Shown: piece by piece, positions 1-14,200 of the stretch
Position numbering within the stretch: position 1 is the first letter of the stretch
How the letters are laid out: every line of letters starts with the position of its first letter
Source: Cenococcum geophilum
Lineage: Eukaryota
Direction: 5' to 3'
Length of the DNA: 64,000 nt
NCBI GenBank assembly: GCA_050273025.1
Contig: CP158635.1
Span: forward strand, 9,362,001-9,426,000
Notes under the pieces: model-generated
Databases searched by the model: none
What the model saw: the letters and a program-made list of their open reading frames with translations, nothing else
What the model was told of the DNA's origin: nothing
Translations under genes and position numbers: made by a program

Positions 1-3000
1 GGCACCTTCTAAAGCTATATTAATAACGCCTTACGGGACTACCTTAACGACTTTTACTCTACGTACCTAGATAATATACTTATTTATAGCAATAACCCCT
101 TTAAGTATACTAAACACGTTTAAAAGGTCCTATAGCGCCTTAGGGACGCAGGACTTTATATTAATTTAAAGAAATGCGAATTCTTAGTTATAGAAGTAAA
201 ATACCTTAAACTAATTATTACTACTAAGGGTGTCCGTATAGACCCTAAGAAGGTATATATAATTACTAAATAGTAAGCCCCTAATTGCATTCAGGACGTA
301 TAAGCCTTCCTTAGTTTCGCTAACTTCTATTAAAAATTTATATACAACTTCTTAGGCGTAGTAGTACTATTTATAGCAATAATATAAATAAAGGGCCTTT
401 CTATAAAAGGAAGAAAAACGTACCTATGCTTTACCTAGACGCTTAAATACGAGAAGGCGTTCTAAGACCTTAAAAATACCTTTACTAAAGTACCTATTCT
501 GGCTTACTTTATACTAAAATAATAACTCTACCTTAAAACTAACTCCTTAGACCATATTAACGCAGACATTCTTTCCTAGATAGGCGATAACGGTCTTCTT
601 TACTTATTTATATTCTACTTATCTAAGCTTATATTATAAGAGTATAACTATAAGATCTATAATAAAGAACTCCTTATAATTATATAAGCGTTTAAAGAAT
701 TCTAACTAGAACTCTCCTTAGTAGAGCCTAACTAGTTAACTAAAGTCCTTACAAACCATCGCAACTTTAAGTACTTTATAACTATAAAGTAGCTAAACTA
801 ACGCTAAGCACGTTAGAATGAGTTCCTCTTTAGTTTTAACTTTAAAATTACGTATAGACTAGGAGTATAAGGTAATAAACCTAATAGCCTAATACGCCGC
901 TCGCAAGACCTTCCTTAGTTTAAAGATAACCCCTATAATTAGTTCTAACAATAGATAATCCTAAAAGTACGAAATTTAGCCTTAGGTATACTACCTATAA
1001 TAGAGCTAACTATAACTAAGCTTTATACTATAAAACTAGAGTTACCTCCTAAAATTAATAAGCTTATTACTACGGTATATAACGCCTCTATTAACCTATT
1101 ACTATATTAACTTATTACTGTAAAGACCGCTAGCGCCTATATACTACCTACTAACCTCTAAAGCTTAGGCTAGATTAATATAGCAGCCTTAAAAGTAAAA
1201 GAGAATAGGCTCTATTATAGAGGCCGCCTATTTATCCCTAACTTAGAAAATTTATAACGGTAACTAATCTAAATGGCCTATAACCTCCGATTAAGCGGCT
1301 ACCTAGGTAAAAAAGGAACCTACGAGCTTCTTAGCTAATACTACTTCTGGCTAAAAATAATAGACTTAGTTAAATACTTTATAGGCGCCTACTATAGTTA
1401 TAAGCGCGCTAAGGCCTTTAATATAAAGTACTAAGGATTACTATACCCTTTACTAGTACCTATATAATAATAGGCAGATATTGCTATAGATTTTATTATT
1501 AACCTACTACTTTATAAACGACATGGCCGTACCTATAAGAACATCCTTAAAATAATATGCCGACTTATAAAAGAGTGCTACTACGTCCCAACTAAAGGCG
1601 TAGCCGTTAGCGACGTTACTAACGCCTTTCTTTACGAAGTTTATTAACTATATAGGTTACCTAACTTAATTACATCTAACTAAGGTATATAATTTAACTC
1701 TTATATATAAAGACGAATCTGCTAACGCCTTAGTATCTCTATTAAAATATTTATATTCTTTTATTATAAAAATACTAGGCAACCAGAAAACGCTAATGCT
1801 AGTATAAAAGCGTACCTATAATAGGTAGTCGCCTATAGTTAAGATAACTAGGTAGATTACCTCCTACTAGGTAAATTTACAACGAATAACTATATCTTAA
1901 CCACTATAGGACTTACCCCGTTCTTCGCAAATAAGGGTTATTACCCCTAATCTAGTATAAAGCCACCAAAACCTATTAATAAAAAACTACTATATAGAAA
2001 ATGCCTTAAGATACTACTTACTAACTAGTATACAGACCGTATAAAAAATCTACTTAACTACTATAAGGGAGAAATGGCCTAGGCTTAAGCAAAGTAGGCC
2101 TACTTCGCTAATTATTATAGAACGCCACCACCGGAGATGCGTGTTGGCAACTAGGTATGGCTAAATATACGCAATATCTCTATATAAAGGCCTATAAAGT
2201 TACTTAATTATAAGAACATTGGCCCCTATCTAATTAAATAAGTTATTAATAGAGGAGCTGTATATAAGCTAGAACTCCTACCTACCCTAGCTACCTATAG
2301 GATATAGCCCGTATTTTACCTATAGCTACTACACCTCTATTAGCCTAACCCCTTATTAAGGCAGATACAGACTAAACCCCTATTAGTATTAATTTAAGAT
2401 AAGAACAAAGACAAGAACTATAAAGAGTAGACCATTAAATAAATTATTAACTCTAAATACTTTAGCAAAGGTAGAGGATAATAGCTTTACTACAGAGCTA
2501 TATATACAGGATTTAATATAGATTAGCCAGAATAACAACTATAGGAAGACTTTAAAAATGTAAAGGATTTAATTAATAACTTTTACTACGCGAACTTATA
2601 GAAACTAGGCCTAAGCAAAGACTTTATACCTAATTCTCTATAGGAGCCCTTATAGAGTTAAACCGTTATACATTACTATATAAGGGTAAATTACCGTTAA
2701 ATTACTATTAGATTGCGGTAAAGTATAATTACGTAACCGGAATATTATTAAGATATCTAGGAACTTTAACCGGCGGTTAAAGTTATCTAATTGGTTAGAT
2801 TCTTAGATGCTAAGCCCTATTATATAACGTTGTTTTAAGCCTTTAGTAATACCCCCCTTTTCTTCTTTTCTATACCTTAAGTGTCCCCTCTATATATATA
2901 TAGTAACCACAGCGTCGCCAGAGCTCCACCTTTATAAGAGGGGGGGTAGTGTTATAGAACCCCATCGCAGGGGCCTCTATAGGAGAGCCCCGTGCTCTTA

Positions 3001-3142
3001 CATATACCTTACGTATAGCTTATATCAGCTACGCGTAGGTATATTACCTCCTTACACCCTCGACCCTTACGATTAATTGTATAATATCTTATAGACTCTT
3101 TAAATACATACGCTTTATAGCCACTACCCCCGTCCTATAATA
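1..3142 (+). mobile_element. Ty3/Gypsy LTR retrotransposon family A, copy 1 (5' part outside window): RIP-degenerate RT end, RNase H, integrase, chromodomain, PPT, 3' LTR
   Basis: TAC CTA GAT AAT (RIPped YLDD) at 64-75; RNase H NY.IY.KELL motif near 645-675; integrase motifs; PPT AGAGGGGGGGTAG then a 193-bp LTR at 2950-3142; colinear with 24180-27296 and 37020-40321. Confidence 0.95.
2950..3142 (+). repeat. 3' LTR of family A copy 1 (193 bp)
   Basis: TG...TA (RIPped CA) ends; matches the LTRs at 20996, 27104, 37667 and 40129. Confidence 0.93.
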
Positions 3143-4789
3143 ATCTCTATAATAAGAACGGGTGAATACTATATTATAAAGCGGGAAGACCTTTATTAAA
3201 AAGGTATCTAATAAAATATAAAGCCTATTAAACGCGTTTAGTATCTATAGTTATAGGGGAGTAACTGTTAGCTATAACGAACTAATATAGCTAGTAGAAT
3301 GGCTCCGCTAGTTTAGCAAACCTTAGGCGCCCCTCTAGTAAACCCTTAATTAAATCCTCTAACGGCTAAGTAAAATTAAAAATAAATAAAACCTCTTCTT
3401 ACCGGTGAACCGTACCTGGGCCGCCGTAGCTACGCTTTTATAGTATAGGGAACCTACCCCCCTAAAGATAATAACTGGGTATATAATTATAATATAACTA
3501 AATACGGAAAAGGTAGAGGGGCTAAGGGGATAATTAGAAATAGAAGTCCTTATAGAGATTTATAAAGAGGTTTATAACGCTATTATAGTCTAATACCTTA
3601 AGAGCGAAGATATTAGAGTTACCCTAAGGGACTAATAGGCAAAGGAATAAGCCGTAAAGGTAGGGGATAGGCTAGGAGAATGTATTAGCATAAGAGTGCT
3701 CTATGAAGATTACCTAGTTAAAGTCCTAGCGGTCCCCCTAAGCCTTAGGGTAAAAAAGGGACGCTAGGCGGATAATATAGCAACTATATATAAGATAGTA
3801 AAATAAACGGAACGCCTTATACTAGGACTTAAGATTACCCGAATTTAATAACTTTAATAGGAAAATATAAATTAAGAATATAATAAGAATAATAAGAGGA
3901 TATAAGGGTCGCTAAAGACTTGATAGGGAAACGCTGGTCAAACGTATAGCTCCCTTATTGTTAGTATATATATATTAGAAATATAAAAACTCCTTATCTA
4001 AAAAGGCATTATTATAAATAGCCTTATATATAATATAAGGCTCTATAACCATAAACTCCGCCTAAAATAATGCTATTACTATATATAATGGGGACATACC
4101 CAATCTATATGCGTAGTATAGGTGTGCTGCAGCCACTATATAGGCCCCTACGATATAATATACTGCTTAAATTAAGACTAAATAAAATGCGTAAATTGCT
4201 ACTAAAGCATATATAAGGCGTGGGGGAGAGAAGACTGTATTAAATATAGAAGATAAAAGGTAAGGGCTTAATAGCTGTAAGAATAACTACACGCTAGGTT
4301 ATATAAATGGAAATAATAGGTAATAAGCTAGGGGGGTGTAGGCGCCTTTTTAGCGTTTCCTACCTTTAATACTAGGGGGCTAGGCTAGCCATCCTAAGCC
4401 TTAACGGGCTAAAAGTGACGCTACGTAATATTACTAGACTATATAGGGATATAAGGGAGAGGACGCCCTATAGGAAGACCCTTATAGACAGCTATAGTAA
4501 GCTTAAGACTAGGATAATTAAGAATTAGACTTAACGTAGCAAATATAATATTTATAGCCGACTCTTAAAGGGTATATAGCTAACTAGTAAGAATAGGGGA
4601 AGAACTAGAGATAATAACAGATTTAAATATAAAAGTGCTAGTAGGAATATAAGATATGGGAATAGAAAGCTCTATATAAAATAAGTAGTAACTAGGGTGT
4701 AGATATAAGAGATAGAAGTTTTAAATATCCTAAAGAAAGTAAAAATAGAAGAAGTAAGAAATAAAGGAAAAGTAAAGGACTCTTACTAG
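3143..4789 (+). pseudogene. Tad1-like LINE, piece 1: degenerate ORF1 (gag-like) with zinc knuckles
   Basis: TWAAVA motif near 3415; CX2CX4HX4C-like knuckles at about 4071-4210 (C..C.QWGHTQ..C when de-RIPped); continues after element B across the ACTAG TSD. Confidence 0.8.
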
Positions 4790-7700
4790 TGTTACGGAGT
4801 AAGTATAAGCGACGATAATATATAGCAAAGTAGATATTATTAAGCTATATATATAAACTGTGTGATAAGATCAAGACGTTGCGTAAGGAAAGAAGGTAGG
4901 AAAATGGGAAGAAAGGGCATATATTGTTGACTTGGTTACTTAGTTAATATATATATAGGGCAGAATAGGGTTTAAGTCGTGGACCTAGCAGAACTTAGTA
5001 GAATTTGGTGGAACTTGGTAAAATATGGCAGAATGCTATAGATTGCTATTAGATTGCTATTAGATTACCGTTAGATTGCTATTTCGCGGTTAGTCTTTAA
5101 TTGCTAAGTTGGTAAAAATAGGTGGACATGTGCAAGGTATTACGGGGGTGTCCCGTAATAGTACCCCCCTTTTAAACTTAAGCTTCTACGAGATAGGGCT
5201 ATAGTAGTTCTAGGTGGAGTTTATAAAAGTCTTTTATAGCTTATGTAAGTCCTACTAAGTTAACAGGTTCCTATAAGGGCTTAATAAAGCCTCTCTATTT
5301 TATAAGGTATATATACTAGTGTTTCCGTTTATTATACTTAATAATATAAATTCTTTTAATAAAGTACTTATTCTTACTATCCACTTTAATTAGTAGGGGA
5401 AGGTCTTATATCTATCTAGGCAGGGCGTCTAATATAGGGGTAGTAGGGTAGAGGACTGACGTATAGAATATAGGGTGGATTTTAACCGTATTAGGGAGCT
5501 TTAGTTAGTAGGCGTAAGAGAAAATAACCTTCTTAATCTTGTAAGGGCCAGCGTTCTTCTAATTAAGTTTCTTAGTAGGTCGTTTTATGTTTAGGTTTCT
5601 TATATCTAGCTAGATAAAGTTACTAATTTAATAGGCTAGTACTAGGGTTTATTTTTTATTCGCTGCGGCTTTATAGACAGATTAGGTCTATATTATTTTA
5701 TTAGTAAAGAACCGTTATAGTTCCTTTATCTTTTTTATAAATTTATTTACTTTTATAACTTATAAGGTGTAATAAGCGGGGCGAGGAACATTACTAAAAG
5801 GGTTAAAGCCTATTTATAGGTGCTAGCTATAATTGGCTAGGAATGGGGAGACCTTTATAGTTTCTAAGATGGAATTATTTACGGTAAACTTAGTAAATAC
5901 AAGCCAGTTAATCCAGTTATCTTATAAGTACGACGTGTATATCTAGATGTACTATTCTATTATAGCGTTTACACATTTTATTTAACTATCCGTTTTTAGG
6001 TGGTATGCTATAGATAATAGTGCTTTAATACGGAGTCGGGTAGTTAGTTCTTTTTAGAATATAGAGATAAACTAGTTGCCTCTATTGGAGATAATTGTTT
6101 TAGGGAGTCCGTAGAGTTTCTATACGTGATCTAAGAATAGTTAGGTAATAGTAGGCGTTAATATATTAAAGCAGGCAATTAAGTACCTTATCTTAGATAG
6201 TTGGTCTATAACTACTATAATGTTTATATAGCCTTTACTTATAGGGAGGTTAATAATAAAGTTAATTAAGATATCCTTCTATCTTCGGTCTAGAACAGGC
6301 AGTAGCTTTAAGAGGCCGTTGTACGTCTTATGCGAAGCTTTAGCTTATTAGTAGATATAGCAGCTAGAGATATACCTTCGTGTTATATTATATATATTTG
6401 GCTAATAGTATTCTTATTAGAGCAGTTCTAGGGTTTTTTCTTAGCTTAGGTGGCTGGCTACTGGTAGATCGTATATATGTTTAAGGAGCTTAAGCTTAAG
6501 TTTGTTATAGTTAGGTATAACTAGGCGGTTTTGGTAATATAAGCGGTTTCCGCGGGCTTTATATTTACTTAAAGAAATCTTTTTAGAGTATCTAATGCTA
6601 TTATGCATTAGTTTAAGCGTTTTCTGGATAAACTTATTAATTGGGTATTTATTAGCTATAATCTGTTTAATTAATTAATTAGTTATTTTAAGGACGTATA
6701 CTATAAGGTCTTTAGTGGGAGGGTTAAATAGTTTAGGGTAAAGTAGGGTCTAATTTTGGTAGGAGCGCGCTTCTTTTAGGGCTGGCGCGTCTTGCAAGCA
6801 TTAGGTTAGGGCGTTAGGCTTCTAACCTTAGACGCCTAGGCGGTATATAATTGAGAATTGGAAATGAGACAGATATTCTAACTAGCGGGCCTAATAATAA
6901 CTTAGCTGTTTCGTGGTTGTGAAGTACTATAGGTTTTTATAGTTGCTAAGGACTTTAATTAAAAATCTAGCGCCTTTTAGTTTAGGTTGCTATTGTTTAA
7001 AACATCTAATAATAGCTAATAATTTCTTATTGTAGATCTTGTAGTTGCATTTAGCTAAGTTTAGTTATTTTAAGAAGTATGCTATAGGGTGTAATACTCT
7101 ATCCTTATTATATTGAGATAGAATGCCTTTAGTAACGTAGTTAGATAAGTTGGCTTCTATAATACTTATTTGGTTTAGGTTAAAGTGTTAGAGTATAGGC
7201 GCAGTAGTAAATATAACCTTTAGATAGGTAAAGGCCTTCTTACATTCTTTATTAAAGATAAAGACTTTATCCTTTTAGGTTAAAGCTATAAGGGGTAAAA
7301 CTAGGGTAAAGAAGTTATTAATAAACCCTTAGTAGAAATTAGCAAATCCTATAAAGGCTTTTACGTCCTTAACGTTCTTAGGTTCTTGCTAGTTTATAAT
7401 TGCTTTAACTTTCTTTAGGTCCATTTATATACTATTTATAGAAATAAGGAGTCTAAGGTATAGAACTTCCGTTTTATAGAACTCGCATTTATTTATATCT
7501 AATTATAGACTAGCTCCGTGTAGGGCTTATAGGATAAGGTTAATATACTTTCGATGTTTGGTTAGGTTATTACTATATATTAGGATGTCGTTAATATAAG
7601 TAGTATAGAAGATGTTTAGGTAGGGGCGTAGGGTATTGTTTATATAATGTTAAAACGAGCTTAGAGTGTTTGTGAGGCTAAAGGGTGTTACTAAGTACTT

Positions 7701-10696
7701 AAATAGTCTATATTGGGTACGAAATGTAGTAAGCTATTTGTCTCCTTTTATAATATAAAGATGGTTAAATATAGAGATAATATTAAGCTTTATGTAGTAA
7801 TGAGCCTTACTTAGTTAGTTTAGCGTTTCTTATATTAATGGGATTGGATATTAGTTCTTAACGGTAACGGCGTTAAGAGCTTAGTAGTCTATATAGAAGT
7901 ATAGACCGCCGCTAGGTTTTTTAATAAAGATTACTAGTGCTGCTATAGGCGACGAGCTTGCTCTAATAAATCCTTTACTTAGGTTTTTATCTAAATACTT
8001 TTATAATACTTGGAGCTTATTTTGGGATATTTTATATAAGGGTTTAAATCTAGGCTGCTTTCCTTCTTTAAGTATAATCTTATAGTTGTATGGTTAGTGT
8101 TCCAGTAGCTTATTAGCTTTCTTTTATAAGAATGCATCTAGGCGATAATAATACTCTACTAGTACCTTTATGGTAGGGTTAGTGTGCTTCCTTAGTGCTA
8201 AGGCCTTCTTAATATCGGCTATTGTAATAGTGAAGATTATATGCTTGGGTTTCTTAGTAAGTTGCGCTAGTAGGGTAACTCTAATTATGTGGATATTTAG
8301 GGCGCCGAGGTTACTTAAATTGCCTATAGTTTCTTATATAGCTTCCTGTTTAGCTTTGGGGTTAGTATTAGGTATAGAGTTAGTATTAGATTTAGGTTTG
8401 GGTTCTTTAAATATGTTCTTTATAGTAGAGTACTAGTCCTTTTAGTACTTTTATGTGGTAAGCTTAAGCTTTTGCTTAGCGTGGGGTGGTGTAGTATTTG
8501 GGGTCTGCTTGTGGGGTTTAGTGAAATTTTCGGATCCTTAGTAGATATTGGTGGAAGTCTTATATTGGTGGAATTTGGTGGAATTCTCAGGCTAGTAGAT
8601 CTTGGTGGATTTTTTAGATTTTAGTTTTAGGTCTAAGTAGTAAGTTATAAGGTACTTCTACTTGTAATAGGAGGTAGTAAATAGAAGCTTAAGGTTGTCC
8701 TAATTAATGGTTACCTTATATAGCTTTATCTAGGGTTGTCTAAGAATTACTAAGTGATTTAGGGTGGTGATAAAGAGCCTAATTAGTTCTTTGTGGTTTA
8801 GGAATACTATATAGGTAATATAGCCTAAGACGGTGCGTTTATTATTAAATCTAAATACGTTAATGTGCCGGTTAAGGGGGGTTAGGGTAAAATTATTATC
8901 TTATATAAAGATCTTATTAATAAATCCTATGCCGCTGGCTCCTGTATTAATTAAGACTTAAGCACTAACCTATTAATTATTCTGCTATAGGCGGTAGTTA
9001 ACGGTTATACTATAATCCTAAGAGTTAGAGTTTGTGATATCTAAAGTATTTAATAAAATCTTAAGGTAGAGCCGTTCTGGAGAGCGACTTAGCTCTAGGA
9101 CCTTCCTTTTAGAGGTGATTAGGACGGAGTTCTTATAGCGTGTTAGTTGTAGTCTCGTCCTTATAAGTAATGCTTACTATATAACGTGTTAGAGCCGGAT
9201 AATAATTGGGGTTGGTGGATAGAGCTTAGTTAAGGTAATTGGTTACTTATACTAGTTATCCTTTTATATAATTAGGATAGTAGTATACCGCCTATACTAG
9301 GTGTTTAAATATTTATTTTAGGCAGGGGGATAGAGTAGTAACTTAAGATATAAGTATTGCTTCCGCACTTAAAATAAAGGCCATATTTAATATATTATTT
9401 ATATTTAGCAGATCCTTTTAGGGCGTAAGAGAGGGTTCTAGCGTTAATATCTATAGCGTCTAGGTCCTTACGGGTCTTAGACGGCTAGGGGGCAGAGTAT
9501 TAAGGTGTATATTTTAGGGTAAGGCGTAGTATATTATTATATAGGCCGTTAATAATATTGGCGTAGGTAGTAAGGGTATCTAGCAGTTTAACTCCTTTAG
9601 TTTAGAGTTTAAGGATTCTATTAGGCGATTAATTAAGGCGGGTTTATTTTATTTAGTCTCTTTAGTATAGTGGTGGAACTTAGTAAAGTATAATAGGAAG
9701 TTCTTAGAGCTATATATTTTCTTATTTAGTTTCCTTTATACTATTATAATTTGGTTAGGGTTGCTATAAGATACTTCTAGTATAGTAACTAGTTTTTTTA
9801 TAGTATTTGGCTGGAACGGGTATATAGTTTCCGCGGCGTCTTCTGTTAAATGGCTTATAATATAATATAGTTAACTATTAGGGGTGGGGTAGCGATTAAT
9901 ATTACCGTTTAGCTTGTTCTTAAGTTAGTTAAGAAAGGAGCGTAGTTTGCTCCTTTTACCTAAATAGGCGGGAGGATTAGGGAGACGTTTAGTGAGCTTT
10001 TTTATGGGGGCACTAATTGGCGAATTTAGGGTTAAGGAGCTAGTCTTAGACACGTCTTCTCTATTTAGTACTTATAGATTAACACTAGTAGGGATAGGTA
10101 GGGGCGACGGTGGGTTACAGTAGATCTCTTTAATTTCTTTTCTTAGGGATCCAATTATTTTTTTCGTGTTAAGCCTCTTATTAAGTAAGGGCATTTATAA
10201 AGGCCTATTGCAGGCCCTTTATTTATTTAGTAAATATGTTATATAAGTTAGTTATAAATATAGGGGCTTTTAGGTTGTTCTACATATTAGGCGGGGCGAG
10301 GTGGTATAGGTTTAATGTAATGTAGTGTTACGGAGTAAGTATAAGCGACGATAATATATAGCAAAGTAGATATTATTAAGCTATGTATATAAATTATATG
10401 ATGAGATTAAGACGTTACATAAGGAAAGAAGGTAGGAAAATGGGAAGAAAGGGCATATATTGTTAACTTGGTTGCTTAGTTAATATATATATAAGGTAGA
10501 ATAGGGTTTAGGTTATAGACCTAGCAGAACTTAGCAGAATTTAGTAGAACTTAGTAGAATATAATAGAATGCCGTAGATTGCCGTTAGATTGCTATTAGA
10601 TTGCCGTTAGATTGCTATTTCGCGGTTAGTCTTTAATTGCTAAGTTGGTAAAAACAGGTGGACGTATATAAGGTGTTATAGGGGTATCCTATAACA
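4790..10696 (-). mobile_element. Full-length Ty3/Gypsy family B element (5.9 kb), RIP-degenerate
   Basis: 371-bp LTRs at 4790-5160 and 10326-10696; TSD ACTAG (4785-4789, 10697-10701); reverse PPT at 5161-5172; minus-strand gag, PR, RT, RH, IN, chromodomain remnants. Confidence 0.96.
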
Positions 10697-10701
10697 ACTA
10701 G

Positions 10702-11222
10702 GGGTCCGCTACCTATCTATTATATAGTATAACTGCGGCAATATAAACTACTATTTTATAAGGCCTTTACTAGACAGCCTAGGCCTAGAGAAATACTATA
10801 TCCTTACTATATAAGAGCTGTATTATAATGCCTATATATAATTAATATACTGCCTCTAAGGATATTAGCTTCTATATAAACTAAAAGCAGCTATATATAT
10901 ATGCTTTATAATTAGCAAGGCTATTAGCCTATCCTTATAGTTATAGCAGGCAGTTAACCTAGATATTATAATTATAATAATTTAGATATATAGGGGACTG
11001 GTATAGATTATTAATATATATAACCCTAGGGTTAAAGGGGTCCTATAAATAGAGAATATTATATTAGTAATAAGCTTACTAAAAACTAAAGGTATAGAGT
11101 TTATTTTATTAGGAGATATAAACCTCTACTACCTATAGTAGGGGGGTATCTATATTGCTGCTAAATAATAGGTAAAGTGCCTATTAAGAGCTATAAACAC
11201 CTAGGGCCTTAAGCTAGCTACC
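10702..11222 (+). pseudogene. LINE piece 2: start of ORF2, APE-type endonuclease
   Basis: I.QYNCGN motif near 10720, IINIYNP near 11005, LGD.NLHHP.WGG near 11110 (de-RIPped). Confidence 0.85.
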
Positions 11223-14200
11223 TATAAGGGGATCTTGTAGACAGGGGGCTATAAGGACACGATTGGAATAGGATAGATTAGTGAGAGAGACGAATCCTTA
11301 AGGAGGTAAGACCTCTGGGATCGTAGAGACTATATACTACGGGCACGTGCCTCCGGCACGTGACCGGCGACCATCCGAGGGGCGTCCGGGGGTTGTCCTA
11401 AGGGCAACCCGAGGTGTCCGCAATAATATCCCTTACATTGCCCCCCCCCTTCTTGCGGTCGGCCCCCGATCGCCATTACCTTGCGGTAGGGAGATTATAA
11501 GGGCTCGTCCTGGAAGAGGTTCGGAGAGATGTCGGAGAGGTGTCGGCATGCCGCTATATATTATCTATCTATCTAACCCCTGCTTTAAACTCCTGAAAAA
11601 CCTCAATAAGGAAAAAACATAACTGGAGAAAAAACGTGAGGATTGCTAGGAGACCCATCGGAAGCCTACTAGAAGCATGCTGGTGACTACCTAGGCTAAT
11701 ATAGGGATTTTCATGCAACTCTACTTCTAAGCCTTTATGCCGGTCTGCAATTAATCACGAGTATTATAGGCAATTTGGTGTTCCAGTATAGTTCCGTAGA
11801 ACCTTTGGTATGGGATTTAATATATAGAGCCTTGGCTTGCCGTTATCTTTAACTGCTGAGATATAGTTTATAATCTTTTCTTATAATCCCCTGCGTTACT
11901 AACGCATTGCTCCCGCATTTGCCCTCAGGTTATTAGACGCGGTTAAGATATTAATTAGTTAGTTAAAGAGACTTGTCTCTTAAGATTTAGTGTATATAGT
12001 TTTAAATCTGGTAGTCCTGTGCCGTATATTTAGTATAGCTCTACTGCTTAGTAAATAGGGACATTTTGTGATAGCAATTGTAGCTATTGTGCGATTGTTA
12101 AGAACGTTTATAACGTTGTTCTTTAATACTATAGTATTATTTTAGGCCTAATTTAACCTATATGCGTCTTTGATTTGATGTCTTAATTACCTTCCCCCGG
12201 CCGCGTAGTTAGTTTTTATAAGGAGGTAATAGTTAAATAACTTATACACGTGTTTCCTTCCTTTTAAATAGCGCTATTATAACGGAGTTATATTAGTAAG
12301 GTTGCGGCTATTTACCGGAAGGGTATTGGAAGGTAAAGTATAAAGATACCTTGCTTATCGAGCTGCTCCTTTTCTTAAATACCTTACTTCTTGCTATTAA
12401 CCGTTGTCTAATTTTAGACATATCTTCGATATATTATTAAGATTTTCTTCTTTTTTATTAATAATTCAATATGCCTCTTCGTTCTTCTACTGACTGCTCT
12501 TCTAAGTAAATTTTATAGCGTATCCTGGCCCTGCCTTTACATATAGAACCCCAACCCCTGCTGACCCATAACTAGTGCTAGTCCTACTTAAATGATTTTG
12601 CCTATACGTTTTTGAAAGACCAGAAATCTGATAATAGGATTCTGGAGGCTTATAATAAGACGCACTACGTTAGATCTAATACCTTTAGTCCTTATAATCA
12701 ATGTATGCGTACTAAGAGCGGCAGTTGCGTTAAGGTAAGTTTTTCTATCCTTAATAGATTTCTATTGCTAACTTTAAGCTTTAATAATAGCCTAGGCCTA
12801 AATGGCGACGTTCCTTTAATATCCTTGACTACTATATTACCTAGGCTCTCTCTTATTCTAGCGTAAATGCTAAATAACTTAGCCGAATTCGAGACTATAC
12901 CACAGCTATCTATACTGTCTATAATTCCCAGCAAGCTAGCCAGCAACGCCTAATATAAGAGTAAGGTTGGTATACTGAGGATAGGGTAAAAAATAGGGGT
13001 AATAAGAAGAAGGTTGCCGTCTACTATAGGAAGGAGTTCGCGTATGCGCGTTAAGTTTCAAAAGAGTATAACATGATGCGGTATTAGGTAGGTTACCCTT
13101 TAGGTACCTAGTGGATAGGTAACTAATAGTTACCGTAGTAAGGTCTTAGTGGTTCTGGACTATACCAGCTAGCTAATGTCTCTGTTTATTCTAGGCTTAA
13201 GCGTATCTTTATTAACTATAAGCTTACGCCGTAAGAGCTTTGTTAGTATTGGTTTAAACCTAATATTAGTGTTGAGCGTTTAAGAGTCTCTACTCTAGCT
13301 ATACCTTATTATCCTGCCCCTGTTTTTATACCTACTCGTACGCCTACTAAGGCATCTGGATCCTATTCTTATTAGCTATTACTTAGTGGCCTAATAGATA
13401 CTGATCCTACTTTTGATGATAATAGGGCGTAGTGGCTTTTCAGATTGGGCATTTGTGGTTTAGACTTTTGGGATTTGTTTTTGTATATAGTAATAATTAA
13501 GGACCTTAATTAGGTGCTTGGGAAGGCCTTAGAAGGCTTTTAGGAAGGGCTTAGGAGCCCTAGGAATAATGTTCCTAGTATAGATTAATGAATGGGAATG
13601 CAATTCTAGCAAAATGCCCTATTAACTCTATGCTATGTATATGAAAAGGCTGAGGACCTGTTCTACCTTAGGCTATATAGCCCTAATCCTTATGGTTTCT
13701 GGAGCTTATCTATTCTATATCTAATTTAACCTATTTACTCTTTTCGCGAGCTTTCTTTATAGGTTGCGATAATACCATAGTATTAGAGCGCTTTTTGTAA
13801 TTTATAAATTATAGACCTTAGTCCTAATATTTTTTTAGAATATCTTTATAATAATTAAGGTAATCCTCTAGTTTCTATATAGAGTCCTTAGCGGGCCAGC
13901 TTAGCTATTTGACTTTAAATTAAAGCTTGTTTTTAATAGACTTATAGCATAATATAGCTTTAACCTTATACCGCTTGCCTACTACCTTAGGGTATTTAAT
14001 TAGGCCTAGACGGAAGTTCTTTTTTGGTGGTGGTCTATACTATAGCTCTAGTAGGTTTATATAAAACACTAGATATATACAGGCTATAGATAGGGGTAGC
14101 TAGAGATAATAGGCTAGCTTACTAATTTGTTTCTTAACTTAGAAGGGACCTAGGTATCTTATATTAAGCTTCTTTAATAGTTAACGGGTCTTAATATTTG

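Noticed and set aside
8170..8436. Hydrophobic 88-aa ORF (likewise 14468, 19559, 35062, 42753, 51583, 53882, 62130)
   Set aside because: These are chance shadow frames over RIPped transposon sequence.
11347..11622. GC-rich 91-aa ORF
   Set aside because: It spans the LTR and PPT of element C and has no coding signature.
12698..12946. Minus-strand 82-aa ORF as a sense env-like third gene of element C
   Set aside because: No motif is recognisable; the splice signals and Cys cluster are on the plus strand.
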